DNA of 63,500 nucleotides, the filler included, from Hausera hauseri (Eukaryota), in assembly GCA_046269625.1 (NCBI GenBank). It is 13 parts of 13 records of this genome, joined end to end, with 100 filler letters (N's around TTAATTAATTAA, not from the genome) between each part and the next. Parts side by side here need not be neighbours in the genome. Positions count along the whole stretch, not along the records: positions 49,862 to 54,744 come from JBJURY010404256.1; positions 54,845 to 58,823 come from JBJURY010843524.1; positions 58,924 to 63,500 come from JBJURY010520791.1; 10 more parts are not named here. The stretch is one strand, 5' to 3'. Made by a program: the position numbers and the translations under genes. The notes under the pieces were generated by a model, which was given only the letters and a program-made list of their open reading frames with translations, did no database searches and had not been told where the DNA came from. Below are positions 49,862-62,257 of the stretch, piece by piece (positions within the stretch are counted from its first letter, which is position 1; each line of letters starts with the position of its first letter).

Positions 49862-52345
49862 AAATGCGTTGGTGAATTGGAAGATCATAGGGATCTGCTC
49901 CTGCTAGACGATAGAGAAAAAAACATGATGTTTGGATCAAGAACTTTGAGAGTCTAGTCACATCCCAAATTACGAAACACACAACAAAAATCGAAATATG
50001 CAAACGATGCTTTTCCCATTTCAGCGGCAAGTTAACTGTGGAGAAGCTGAAGGAGCACAAGATGTACTGTAACAACAATTACTGCATTATGCCAAAATTC
50101 CCCAAGGAGGACTACAATGAATTCAAGGAGTTTGAGAAGAAGATCAAGGTCCCAATAGGAATCTATTGCGACTTTGAAGCTATGCTCAGGCCAGTTCACA
50201 GCTGTAGCCCTAATACTCAACATAGCAGCCCAACGGCATACAAATATAATGAACTCTAATCATATTGCATGTATGCGAAAGGACTGGACAATCAACCAAG
50301 TCCAGGTGCAGTAGTATATTTCATGAAACGACTTGAAGACATAGCTAATAGGCTTGAAAACATGCTTCAGCAGCATAAGGCTAATATGAGCATGTCGAAG
50401 CAGCAAGAAGAATGGCGCAAGGCAACAACGTGTTACTTGTGCGACAAGTTCTTCATCAAGTATAACCATAAAGCCAGGGATCATTGACATTTTACAGGCA
50501 AATATCGAGGTGCAGCATGCAACAACTGCAATCTGCGTTGCAAAACATGAAAATATGTGCATGTAGTGTTTCACAATCTCAGGGGCTATGATTCCCACTT
50601 TATTGTTCGGGAAGTGGGCAACATTGATGGGAACATTGATGTCAATCCCAATAGTGAGGAAAAATACAGCATTTTCACTAAGCATGTTGGAAGAATAAGG
50701 CTTCGCTCCATTGACAGTTATCGTTTCATGTCGTCTTCACTGGATAGTTTAGTGAAGAACCTCCCTGCCGAAGAACTCAAGGAGACCAAGCGATTCTTTC
50801 CCACTAACTTTGACCTAGTTAAAAGGAAAGGAGTATTTCCATACGACTATATAACATCATGGGAAACACTACATAAGACTTCATTACCGCGCAAGGCTGG
50901 TTTTTATAGCCATTTGTCGGACTCTGATATCAATAATGAAGACTACCAGCATGCACAGAACGTCTGGCAGGCATTCCATTGCAAAACAATGGGGTAATAC
51001 AGCGACGTATACCTCAAGACGGACGTGCTGCTTCTGACAGATGTCTTTGAGAGTTTCAGGATGTTACAATGAAGAGCCATGCATTGGATTTGGCTCATTT
51101 CTTTACGGTTGCAGGAATGAGTTTGGCAGCTATGCTGAGATATACTAGTATTAGGCTGCAGATCATTAAGGATTTCGACATGATCCTTATGATCGAGAGA
51201 GGCATTAGAGGCGGAATATGCCAAGTCATTCATCGGTATAGTGAGGCCAACAACAAGTATATGGCCCATTATGATCTATCCAAGGAATCATCATATATAT
51301 CATACCTGGATGCCAACAACTTGTATGGATATGCAATGAGCGCCCCATTGCCATATGATAACTTCAAATAAGTTCCGAATCTTGAAAATATCCCTATATT
51401 AGACCTTGGTCCCACTTGAGATACGGGCTACATACTGGAGGTGTATATAGAATGTCTGGATTCTATCCACGCATGGCATCAACAGCTGCCTTTCCTCCCT
51501 GAGAGCAGGTCTCTGCCCCATGGAATGCACAGAAAGCTGCTCTGTCATCTGGGTAATAGGGAGAGGTGTGTAGTCCACTGCATTAATCTCCAACAGGCAG
51601 TTAGACATGGATTCCGCATCACAAAAATCCATAGAGCCCTGCAGTTCAGTCAGTCCATGTAACAGCTGCCTTACATGGATCTCAATACTAAGTTGCGGAC
51701 AAATGCAAGAACGACTTTGAGAAGGAGTAGTTCAAGCTTTACAACAACAGCGTTTTTGGCAAGATGATGGAGAATATCCACAACAGGATCAACATCGATC
51801 TGGTCAATGAGTGGAAGCGGGGAAGAAGCTTATTGCCAAGCCTAACTTCCACAGCAGCACCATATATACTGAGAACTTGGTCAGCATCCATATACTCGAA
51901 ACATCCTTGGTATTCAGTAAGCCCATATATGTGGGTATGGAAATATTGGATCTGTCAAAGACCTTGATGTATCAATTCCAGTATGACATCATGGGCCCCA
52001 AGTTCAAGTCCGTGCAGCTGATGTATATGGATACTGATAATTTTATCTATCAGATCCATACAGATGATAATTATAAAGACTTTGCCCAATTGGCCCAACA
52101 TATGGATACTTCGGATTATGCGAAGGATCATCAAAATTATTCAATTGCCAACAAGAAGGTCCTAGGGAAATTCAAAGACGAGGTGAATGGAGCAATCATC
52201 TCGAAATTTGCAGCTCTCAGATCTAAAATGTACGCGATTGATATATGTGGCCAGATCAAAAAGAGAGCTAAAGGCGTTCAAAGTGCTACATTGGCCAAGA
52301 AGATCAGTTTTGAAGATTATGTGAGAGTTCTGCAGGAGTAGACTC
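49862..52345 (+). mobile_element. Polinton/Maverick protein-primed family B DNA polymerase pseudogene (with endonuclease VII-like insert)
   Basis: IYCDFEA; CYLC…RDH.H.TGKYRGAAC..CNL; FHNLRGYDSH; KGVFPYDY; YLKTDVLLL; RGIRGG; YLDANNLYGYAM; KL.NNSVFGK; YMDTD; GKFKDE; KRAKGV. Confidence 0.93.
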
Positions 52346-52379
52346 ACATCAGGTCAGAGATGGGAAGGGTCCAATCTAA

Positions 52380-54232
52380 GGATCATAACATCCAAACTAT
52401 CCAGTGAAGACGACATGAAACGGAAACTGTCTATGAAGCAAAGCTTGATTCTTCCAACATGCTTAGTGAAAGTGATGTATTTTACCTCACTATCGGGAAT
52501 GAAATCAATGTTCCCATCAATGTTCCCAACAATGAAGTGGAAATCATATCCACTGAGATTGTGGAACACTACAGGCACATATGTGCATGTTTTGCAACGC
52601 ACATCGCAGTTGTTTCATGCTGCAGCTCGATATTTGGCTGCAAAATGGCAGTGATCCCTAACTTTATGATTATCCTTGATGAAGGATTTGTCGCACAAGT
52701 AACATGTTGTTGCTTTGCGCCATTTTTCTTCTTGCTGCTTCGACATAATCATATTATCCTTATGCTGCTGAAGCATGTTTTCAAGCTAATGAGTCATGTC
52801 TTCAAGTCGTTTTATGAAATGTGCTGCTGCACCTGGACCTTTGAATAGAAATGGTTCATTGTCTAGTCTTTTGGCATACATGCAATATGATGAGTGTTCA
52901 TAATATTAGTATGCCGTTGTACTGCTATGTTGATGATTAGGGTTGTAGCTGTGAACTGGCCTGAGAATAGCTTCAAATTCGCAATATATTACTATTGGGA
53001 CCTTCATCTTCTTCTCGAACTCCTTGAGTTCAATGTAGTCCTCCTTGGAGAATTCTGGCCTGATGCAGTAATTGTTGTTACAGTATATCTTGTGCTCCTT
53101 TAGCTTCTCCACAGCTAACTTTCCGCTGAAATTCAAAAAGCATCGTTTGCATATCTCGATTCTTGTTATGTGTTTCGTAATATGGGATCTGACTAGACGC
53201 TCAAAGTTCTTGATCCAAACATAATGTTTCTTTTCTCCATCGTTTAGCAGGAGAGGATCCCTATAATCTTCAAATTCAACATCGCATATCGGCAGGGGAT
53301 AGAATTTGTCCTCATCATCCAATCCAATGATGTTGATGGACATGTTGTTGATTCTACTGAACTTCTTGACTTCATCTATGGATGGAGAGAATGTGATACA
53401 TTGGAAGTCATAGTTGTGCTGCACATCCTTATATAGCCAAACTCGATCTGTTGCATGTTTTTGATCTCGTACGAATTTACATAAAATGCACACATGAAAC
53501 ATTTATTGTCATCATTAAAGACATTAATGCATGCTTTTTATTAACGATCCATTCTGTAAGCTTTATATATGAGCTGCCCCGCATGGGAGAGTACTTGTGA
53601 ACATACACAAGCAATCTCTTGATGGTTGCAAGAGACAATCCCCTCTTCTTACTCTTGTTCTCATCGGCTTTACGGATCAGCTTCGCATGCTCTTCATGCA
53701 GCCATTCTGCTATAGAAGTGTTTTCCAATATGTGCCTATTTTTGGTCTTGAAGGCCCTTTTGGATTCTCCGCCCTCAACATTGATGCATGTGGCCTTCAG
53801 TTTCATATTCCTCTGAATAGCTTTGAATTCAGCCATGTTGTCCTGAAGTATTCGCTCTGTTTCTTCCTTTGTGTATAAGAGGAACTCTCGGAGGGTTGTT
53901 TGACCAGTTACATTAATAACATATCTGCGGCATTTTCTCTTTAATACTGCCGCATCCACTGGCCGCTGTCCTTGGCTTTTTGATGGAGCCGGTTCGTCTG
54001 ATGTGGCCGTGCCTGGTGCTGCTGCGCCTGATGGGCCTTATGTGCATGATGCGGCTGTGCGTTTCCATTCTCTAATATGCTTCGCAGCTGCTGCACCAGA
54101 TCCAGCAGAATAATGCGAAGCAGAATACTGCGAAGCATCATACTGCGATGCATCATACTGCGAAGCAGATTCATCAATATTATGTTGCTCATTATAGATG
54201 GCCTTCTTTGATTTTGACGCGAAGTGACTCAA
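52380..54232 (-). mobile_element. Second, inverted Polinton polB copy (N-terminal half)
   Basis: RGSSYIKL..WI.NK; HYVWIKNFERLV…CKRCF; IYCEFEA; VVFHNLSGYD; FIDSFRFMSSSLDSL. Homologous to 49862-50750. Confidence 0.9.
54105..54170. repeat. 15-bp tandem repeat (~4 copies; ASQYD/ASQYS peptide on the minus strand)
   Basis: GCAGAATAATGCGAA, GCAGAATACTGCGAA, GCATCATACTGCGAT, GCATCATACTGCGAA. Confidence 0.85.
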
Positions 54233-54844
54233 ATGATGTTTGCGATCATAATAATACTGTATGTAATCTGCACCGCATACAATCTTGCATCCCGGACATA
54301 TATAATATTTGATCCTTTTGGATTTGTGTCAATAATACCGCTGCATCATTTTATGACACTGTTGCAGATTATGTGCTTTGGATGTGCAATAAGCATAAGA
54401 ACCGCACATCTGATTTGCTTTTGGGACATTTGTAGTCATTGGTATATTACTGTTGAATATTTCTTTTCCATTTTGTTAACGAATACAGATGCTGTGTAAG
54501 CTAGTTTTAAAATTCCACGTAACCGGTCCGGCACACTACCTCACATGTAAGACATACATAGTATTGAGTCCTATTGTGTTGGTATCCAAAATAATGCTGC
54601 ATTACACTGTGGAAATTTTTCTCCTCGTGTTTCTGCGCCTTGCAAAATTTCTAGAAGTTGCAAGTCTAAACAAATCAATTATTTGAGGAGCACAAATAAC
54701 AAAAGTCACCATTCTTGCAAGTTAATTCATGAATATTTAAATATNNNNNNNNNNNNNNNNNNNNNNNNNNNNNNNNNNNNNNNNNNNNTTAATTAATTAA
54801 NNNNNNNNNNNNNNNNNNNNNNNNNNNNNNNNNNNNNNNNNNNN

Positions 54845-55040
54845 GCCAGTATCGTTTATCTCAGTGTTTCATGATGTCACCATGGTCTCCACTGTGAAGG
54901 GGAAAGAAAAACTAAACCTAAGTGTATTAGGGAATATAATAAACATATGGTAGTGGTTGATTTGGAAGACCAAAAACTACAGCTATATTTGGTGGAAAGA
55001 AACAATGTACAAAGTGGTATCTCAAATTATTTAGACTGCT
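54845..55040 (+). mobile_element. piggyBac transposase C-terminal fragment
   Basis: KPKCIREYNKHMVVVDLEDQKL..Y matches KP..I.DYN..MGGVD..DQ. Confidence 0.65.
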
Positions 55041-56543
55041 CCTCAATACCTCTGCTTAAAAGAATCAAAGGCTTTTGAACAGAATTCAGAAATCCCAACA
55101 ACTCCTGTTGACCAAAGCTATTTCAATAGATTCTGTTGTACAAATCAAAACATGAAGTTACCTTTCTGTACATATGGACAATGTCTTAGTTAGAGAAAAT
55201 GAGTAGAGGAAAATCTTTCTTAAATAACAGTGTGAAGGTTCACGAGTCACGGAAACTATCAATGAAAACACTGCTAGTTTCAAAAAGACAGCATCAATAA
55301 GATCCAACCAATAATACAGCAGCAAAACTCTACAGTAATGAGAGCTGCTAAACCTAGTCTTTGGTCAAAACCTGCTACAAACAATGGATGTGCTTAGACA
55401 ACCATTTTCATTTGTATCTCCAGTTTGTCTGTCCTTATTTTTATTTAGCCCAGAAAAATATGTTGAAAACTGAACTTATTTAGTCCACATGTCCGATCTG
55501 GCTTTAGCCTAAACAAAAATGTAGAAAGTCATGGTTGGTTAACTCATTTGATCAAATTTCCAAGCATATTTAGACAGCAGTAGATGTCTCTAAACATCTC
55601 AATGCTGGACGGAGGAGTGGCACACAGAGCAGGCGCTGATGAAAGACAGTCCAAACGATTTCTATTTGGAGTTTGCGACAAGCCGGAGGGGACAGATGTG
55701 GAATAAAACAACTTATTAGATGAGAGCAAGTTGTCAAATATTTTGTGCCTGTGTGTTCAGACATGTATCATTTCCAAGATGAAACATTGAACAGGAGAGT
55801 TCTGACATTTATGGTCAAAAGGGAGGCCAGCCATTCGTATCAGGCTGTACCAGGCTGAGTTGACAAAAGCCAGGCCTCTTAGGTTTCCGTGTAGGGGAAT
55901 GTGAGGCAATAAACTAGTTCAGCTCCAAAATGTTGGGAGACACCAAAACTTCAGGGGACAAAATCTATGATTCTGTTCCAAGATTATGGGGGAAATTTCA
56001 CGTGTTAAAATCCATAATTTACCAGGTGTCAGTCCTACATAACGAATATTTGTATGAATTTATACATGTTTGCGTTTTAGGAAATGGACAAGCTGAAAGC
56101 TTACGAGGAGCCTAAATCTACTATAATTTTTTTCCTGTCTTTTATATATATATATATATATATATAAAGCCACTGTTATGTAATATGTTCTTGTCTGTGT
56201 GTGTGTTTCCAGATATTGCAGCAAGATGTCTGACAGTGAAGATGAAAGGAGTATCCTACTTTAGCTGGTTAATCATGAATTATACATGCAGAATTATTTT
56301 ACAATTTATTCAAGAAGGAAAGAAGGCATGGAACATAAACAGAGAATGTAGAACTTCTGTAGAACATTCTTTGTTTTGGTTTGGTTTCACCCTAACCATA
56401 AATAAGTGTATTCACTTGCTACTGATAATATGTTGCTTTCAGGACAATTATTATCATAAATCAGTGTTTAGTTATGTCACATCTTGATAAGATGTGCATG
56501 ATCAATTACACACTGAATATCACACTTAAAATTTCATGATAGT

Positions 56544-58715
56544 ATGATTATAACTTTGTTCAACAAAGGCCTAAAACAAAGGGAAATCATCTGTGTACTG
56601 ACTGCACATGGACATAAAATAAGGTAAGGTTTAAATTCTCAAAGCATGTATTTTATTTTTTACCTATTTATATAATTATAAAACAGTAGATCTTTAATAG
56701 CACATGTGTTATGAATTTTTTTAACAGTGAAAGGCGTTTCAGAATAGTTTTAAAACATCTAGGGTTGAATCGGAGATGCGCTGATCGACCTTTCACTGAA
56801 ATTTACAGAGCTGTAGAAGTAAGCTTTAAAATGGTGGTGTCAAACTCAGGTCCTGCTAGTTTTCATTGTTTATCTTCTCCAACACACCTGATTTAGTGAT
56901 TTAAATACCTCTCCAATTATACAAAAGCCTGTTGAACATCCATTCATGAAAATCAGGTGTGTTTAGGTAGGGAAACTACAAAACATGCTGGATAGCAGCC
57001 CTTGAGGACCAGAGTTTGACATCTGTGCTTTAGAACATTGACTCCTCAAACAATTCGTACAATCAAAGAATATGAGTAGCTTTATTCATTTTTTAACATA
57101 GTTCTTTTTTTTGTGCTTAGAGCGAGATGAAACAGTGGTCACCTGAACAAGGAATTAGAGCAATGCTAAAAAGGGTCCGTGATGTCAGAGGAGTGCAGCC
57201 TTGTTACAGGTTAGTTTCCATACTATGTAATTCATCTAGTCAAGTATCTTAATTTATTATTGATGAAATTAAAAGACAGTAAATTGTTACTGTAGGGACA
57301 ATGTTGCTGAAATAATGAAAGATATTGATGCAAGTGGTCTTCAGAGGAGATCCCCTGGAAAGAAGAAAATTCCCCGTCGAAATTACATCAGCTGTGGTCC
57401 AAATGACACCTGGCAGATTGATGGTCTTAATGTTATGTTTTTTTTAATAACATTTTACATGGTACTGCTCTCATAAACCACTTTTAATTTATTTTCATTG
57501 TCATACAGGCAATGATAAATTAAAATTCTTTGGAATGTGGATACATTTGTGGATAGATGGGTAGGTTTTTCACATTTTGCATTTTCCTATGTTTGTTACA
57601 TTATGTGAAAGTGTAGTTATTTTAAGACTGTGATAATGACCTTCACCTGAAGTTTATCAAAACCATGGTGTCAGTACATGATTCAGTCATATGCTGTTTG
57701 CGCACATGGCTGTTTCTATGTTTCTGTATTTACAGATTTTCCAGGAAAGTTCTTTGGTTAAAGGTGGGTACTTCCAACCGCAAGCAAAAATTTGTGGCAA
57801 GATACTTCTATGAGGCTGTTCAAGAACAGGGGGGTATGTACTGCATTTTATGCAATTAGTTGGATTTCATTTCATATACATATATTAAAAAGAAACTGAA
57901 TTTTTAACTTTTCTCCTCATTTACTAATTATTTTGTGTATTTAGGCTGTCCTCAAATGATTCGAGGGGACAGGGGACAGGAGAACCTTGTTGTGGGACAA
58001 ATGCAGACGGCATTTCACATGCGAGATCTAGGAAATCAGGCATGGAGGTGCTTCAGAATGGGGACATCAGTGCACAATCAGGTATTATTATTTTAGTGAA
58101 ATATTTCAAAAATTACACCCTGACAACCATAAAACGATTGTCGTGTTTCTGTTTAGAGAGCTGAATGTTTCAACAGCATTTTGAAGCGAACATGGATTAA
58201 AAAATGGGTGACAACCTTTGAGGTAAAGCAAATGATTCATGCATAAAATATGTTAACAGTCTAATCGATCAAAATTAACTTGTGCATATACAAATGATGT
58301 AAACACAATTAATTTTATTGATTGATAATACTTTATTGATCCCAAGGGGAAATTACACATATTAGTGTTTGTGTTACATACAAATACATACTGTATGTAT
58401 ATATTTGTTAATGAATTTAAGAAAATTATCTGTCAAACTTAATTTTTAAGCAAAGTCAAAATGTCGTTCTGAGGGGATCTTGTCTCCCTATGTTTGACTG
58501 GCAGTACTAAGATGTGAAAATACAACTAAAAAAACATCTGTAAACTGTAATTTCTCAATTTTAGCCCAATATGACATTTATTCTAAAACATAAGGTGTGA
58601 TCTAGTTGTAGTTGCAAATCAAAACCTGTTCAATACTTAAAAATTCACATTCACAACTTGTCTTATTCAAAACCAGGCCATGATGGAGTCTGGCATCCTT
58701 GAACTGGACAACCCC
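56544..58715 (+). CDS. Spliced DDE integrase/transposase (IS3EU-like), at least 9 exons, 3'-truncated by the gap
   Basis: GT-AG exons ~56544-56623, 56728-56818, 57121-57209, 57296-57423, 57509-57560, 57736-57833, 57945-58081, 58157-58222 and 58677-58715 join in frame: …RRNYISCGPNDTWQIDGNDKLKFFG.WIH..IDGFSRKVLWL…GCPQMIRGDRGQEN…GTSVHNQRAE. Confidence 0.82.
56832..57027. mobile_element. hAT-type MITE inside an intron
   Basis: Inverted ends …TGTCAAACTCAGGTCCT / AGGACCAGAGTTTGACA…; near-perfect 8-bp TSD CTTTAAAA/CTTTAGAA; internal inverted repeat AACACACCTGATTT/AAATCAGGTGTGTT. Confidence 0.75.
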
Positions 58716-58923
58716 GTAAGTCAAGGTTTGTCACATAATTAAGCAATAGGAAAGTAAGCAATCTGGGAATTCTTTTGGTTTCATTTGTCATTATTAAAAT
58801 TTGAGGTTGTGAATTGTTTTAGTNNNNNNNNNNNNNNNNNNNNNNNNNNNNNNNNNNNNNNNNNNNNTTAATTAATTAANNNNNNNNNNNNNNNNNNNNN
58901 NNNNNNNNNNNNNNNNNNNNNNN

Positions 58924-61178
58924 TTAATCTTCTCAGTTTTTCGAGGTACATTTAGAATTTCAAGAGCTCCAACGCTCGATTCTTCCGTCAATTCACTATT
59001 ATCCGTCCTTTTACTGGGTTTGCTATAATTTCTCGAATCCAATTCTTTACTCCTTACTATATCCGAGTTCGCATTAGATTCAAACTTGATCAAGGAACTT
59101 TCAATATTGTTTCCATTATTTACTATTACCGTACTTGAGTCAGATTCAGAACTCACAGTCTCATCTCTTTCACTACTAAGATCAATGGACGGTGTCCTTA
59201 AACAGTTTTCACTAAATTCATTTGCAATATAGATACATTCATTTTCCAACAGACTTTCGACATCCTTTAATTTTGACACTTCGGCCAAATCTATCTCGAC
59301 TATTTTTAATTCAGCATACAATTCACTTCCATCATCTTGACAATACTGATTACTACAACTAGCTCCTTGTGAGCGACCGCCATATTTATTTATAAATTTC
59401 TTCTCTTCATTTTCCCAAAGTTTGAATACTTCATTATCATCATCTTGATTGATTTCTTCTTCTAAACATCCATATTCACGCATCATCTGTTGAATAGTTT
59501 TTGTTTGTTCTGGATACTCCATTTTTCTGCAATAACTATCACTTTTAGATTTTTCTTTTAATTTCTTATTATTTATTCCAAACATACTAGCTTGATTTCC
59601 ATGTAATACTTTCAACCTATCTAATTGGGTACGCATCTCATCCCTTTCGGCTCTCAATTGTTTCAATTCGAACTCTACGTTTACACTATTCGAATTTTGA
59701 TAGTTTTCAACAGTACTATCATAGTTTCCCCTTTGATTCAATACATTATCATAACATTCACAGTTCCCATAATTCTCCGAATCATCCAGTTGTGTCTCGA
59801 AATTCGGATTATTTTGCATAAGGGTTAGTTTATTAGGGATCATCAACAATGGACATTTCTTCCAAACATGTCCTATCTGATTACAATGGTAACAAAATCT
59901 ATTTTCACTCGACGTACTTACTTGGGCTGGACAGTTTCGAGCTACATGTCCCCATTGTGCACAAATACTGCACTGCTTAGGGTGCTGAATATAAGGTGGC
60001 ATTATTACTGGTATTCTTCTAATTTCTGGGCAAGATTTGGCAATATGTCCAAATTTCTTGCATTGGTTACACTGAATTGAACCTCTATAATTAACTTTGT
60101 CCCTTTCTAATGCCATTGCTTGTTGTTGTATAGTTTGTGATCGAAGAGGATATCGTTTTTGCTGTTCTAGAGGGTTGATCCATTGTGTTCTATTGAGATT
60201 TGCTCCAGCGGCCATGTCTTTAATAGGAGTGCTCATTCTTTGTGGTTGTAAATTTGCTCTTATAGGTGATCTTACGGTATTTGGGTCAATATTAGGAAAC
60301 AAATTTTGATTAATGTTCTGGTTAGTGCCAACACTCCAGCGAGGCGGACCCCAACGCGGCATCGACGGAACTTGCCAACCGGCCTGCCCATATGACCACG
60401 ACGGAGTCCGCCACGCTTGGTTAGTCAGCTTAAAAGTTCGATTTGGGTTTTGCTGTCTATAGTTACTATTTGAACTATGATTATTATTAAGTGAGTTTTG
60501 ATTAATTTGATTTAATTTGTTCTCCACATTTTCGAAATTTATAGCTTTTCTTATTAGTTCACTCAGAGTAGAGACGTCACTTTCAATCAATTGTCTCTGT
60601 AACTTAGGACTATTAAGTCCAGTGATAAAACAATCTATTAAAATAGGCTCCATTGCAAATACCTTAGGTGCACTTTTATCATCTTTAACAATGTCTTCCT
60701 TCTCCAAGGCTTCCTTGTATCGCTTACCAAGTAACTGAAGAGCAAAAGCAAATTTATTAACAGATTCCCCTGGTAATTGAACTCTAGACCGTAGACTTCT
60801 TAATTTTGCATTTGAAGATGGATCAGGGTCTAAGTTCCTTCTAAGTACATCGACAAATCTATCCCAACTCATTTTCTCCTTTTCCTCAATTTGTAGATAG
60901 GCTTGTAAAGCAATTCCCTCCAAATGTGCAACTAAACGTTTAATTTTCTCCTTATCATTCCACTCCAATCCATCTGCTTGCGCCGCGTAGACTAACATAA
61001 AATCATCAAATTCTGTAGTTTCCCCCGAGGATCGTCCTAGATTTAGGTTTGCAAAAGTGGACATTCTCTGTACTTGCAAGTATTTAAACTCTTCTATAGG
61101 GGTAATAACACTATTTTCAGTGACCTTTTTTATAGTATTTTCACTCACTACTACCTTTTTGTCAAATAGCCTCTTCAA
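58924..61178 (-). CDS. Intact Gag-like ORF of an LTR retrotransposon (capsid-like region, three CCHC knuckles, coiled coil, acidic extension); first ATG at 61064; runs into the gap
   Basis: W.DKEK…HLEG.AL…Q.PGESV..FA..L…FITGL; CNQCKKFGHIAKSC, CSICAQWGHVARNC, CYHCNQIGHVWKKC. Confidence 0.9.
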
Positions 61179-61220
61179 TTTATTAGCCAGACCAGGCGAA
61201 TTATTAAATTCAAAAATCGG

Positions 61221-61238
61221 GTCCTGGCGTGGTCGCCA
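61221..61238 (-). promoter_or_regulatory. Primer-binding site TGGCGACCACGCCAGGAC (tRNA-Arg-like)
   Basis: 18-nt sequence starting TGG, 4 nt after an LTR end …CCTAACA. Its complement ends …CGTGGTCGCCA like a tRNA-Arg acceptor end. Confidence 0.75.
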
Positions 61239-61242
61239 AATT

Positions 61243-62230
61243 TGTTAGGTTTTTGTCAACACTTATAGTTAGTATTTTCGGAAAGTGTTAACTCTTTTCC
61301 CAATTATTTTATACCCCGAACAGTAACTAATTACTAATCAATTTTGTAGCTTCCTTTGTAGTTAACTAAGAAAACCCGTCTACTTTAGTGTTCGACAGTA
61401 CAAAACTTTAGGACAGTCGCGATAAGCAGGGGATCTTATCCGAACCTAAATGCGTTATTTTTCCTCCTCGATTTCTAATACAGAGTACCTTTAGGGAAAT
61501 ACCACCAGTACCGTTCTCAACCCTCTGACTTCACAACCGACGAATGGGTCAATATACGTATATCTCAAGGATGACAACACACACAAAAAAATTACAAGGG
61601 CTTTTCAAATTTTATCAATTTGGTATTATCAATTAGGAACACGTTAATACCAAACAATCAAACAGACGCAGCAACCCACTGGGTATTCTGCACTCTATCT
61701 GATACACACAAATCTATTTACCAAACAGTCGATTTGTCTTTGACCCCTCTAAATTAACACAAATAGAGATCAACTTCACACAAAGGAAAGAAAAATTATG
61801 ACAATTAAAGCGTATTTAAAATACCAAAAGAAACTCCTTCGTTTATACAAAAAGAAACTTTACCCACTTTATAACAGACACGATCGGCACTGGATTCGTT
61901 CCAAGATACTATAAATTCGCACTCAATAACGGAAACATAAAATCTTTATTAACACTCGTAGTTGTATTGTTTTGTTGTGTTCGTTAGTTTATATACTCAC
62001 ACAGAAAAAATTTAATTACAAACAGACAATACACAGATAAAAAAAGAACAAGCTTCGATGACAAAGAAAACTAATCAGTCTTCAGTGAGAACCACAGCAA
62101 GTGTTCTAGACTAACGCAGTTACTCCGTCTCCATGAGATTACAGAAAAAAATCTCGTTCACAATATCACGATCAATCAAAGTTAGTACAATTGTGAGAAC
62201 TCTCATCTGGAACACAAGGGGGGCCTAAGA
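61243..62230 (-). mobile_element. LTR (~990 bp)
   Basis: Non-coding block ending CCTAACA immediately before the PBS. Candidate start TCTTAGG at 62230 (one mismatch to the inverted end). Outer boundary uncertain. Confidence 0.6.
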
Positions 62231-62257
62231 TAACGTCTTCCACTGACGAATTTACGG

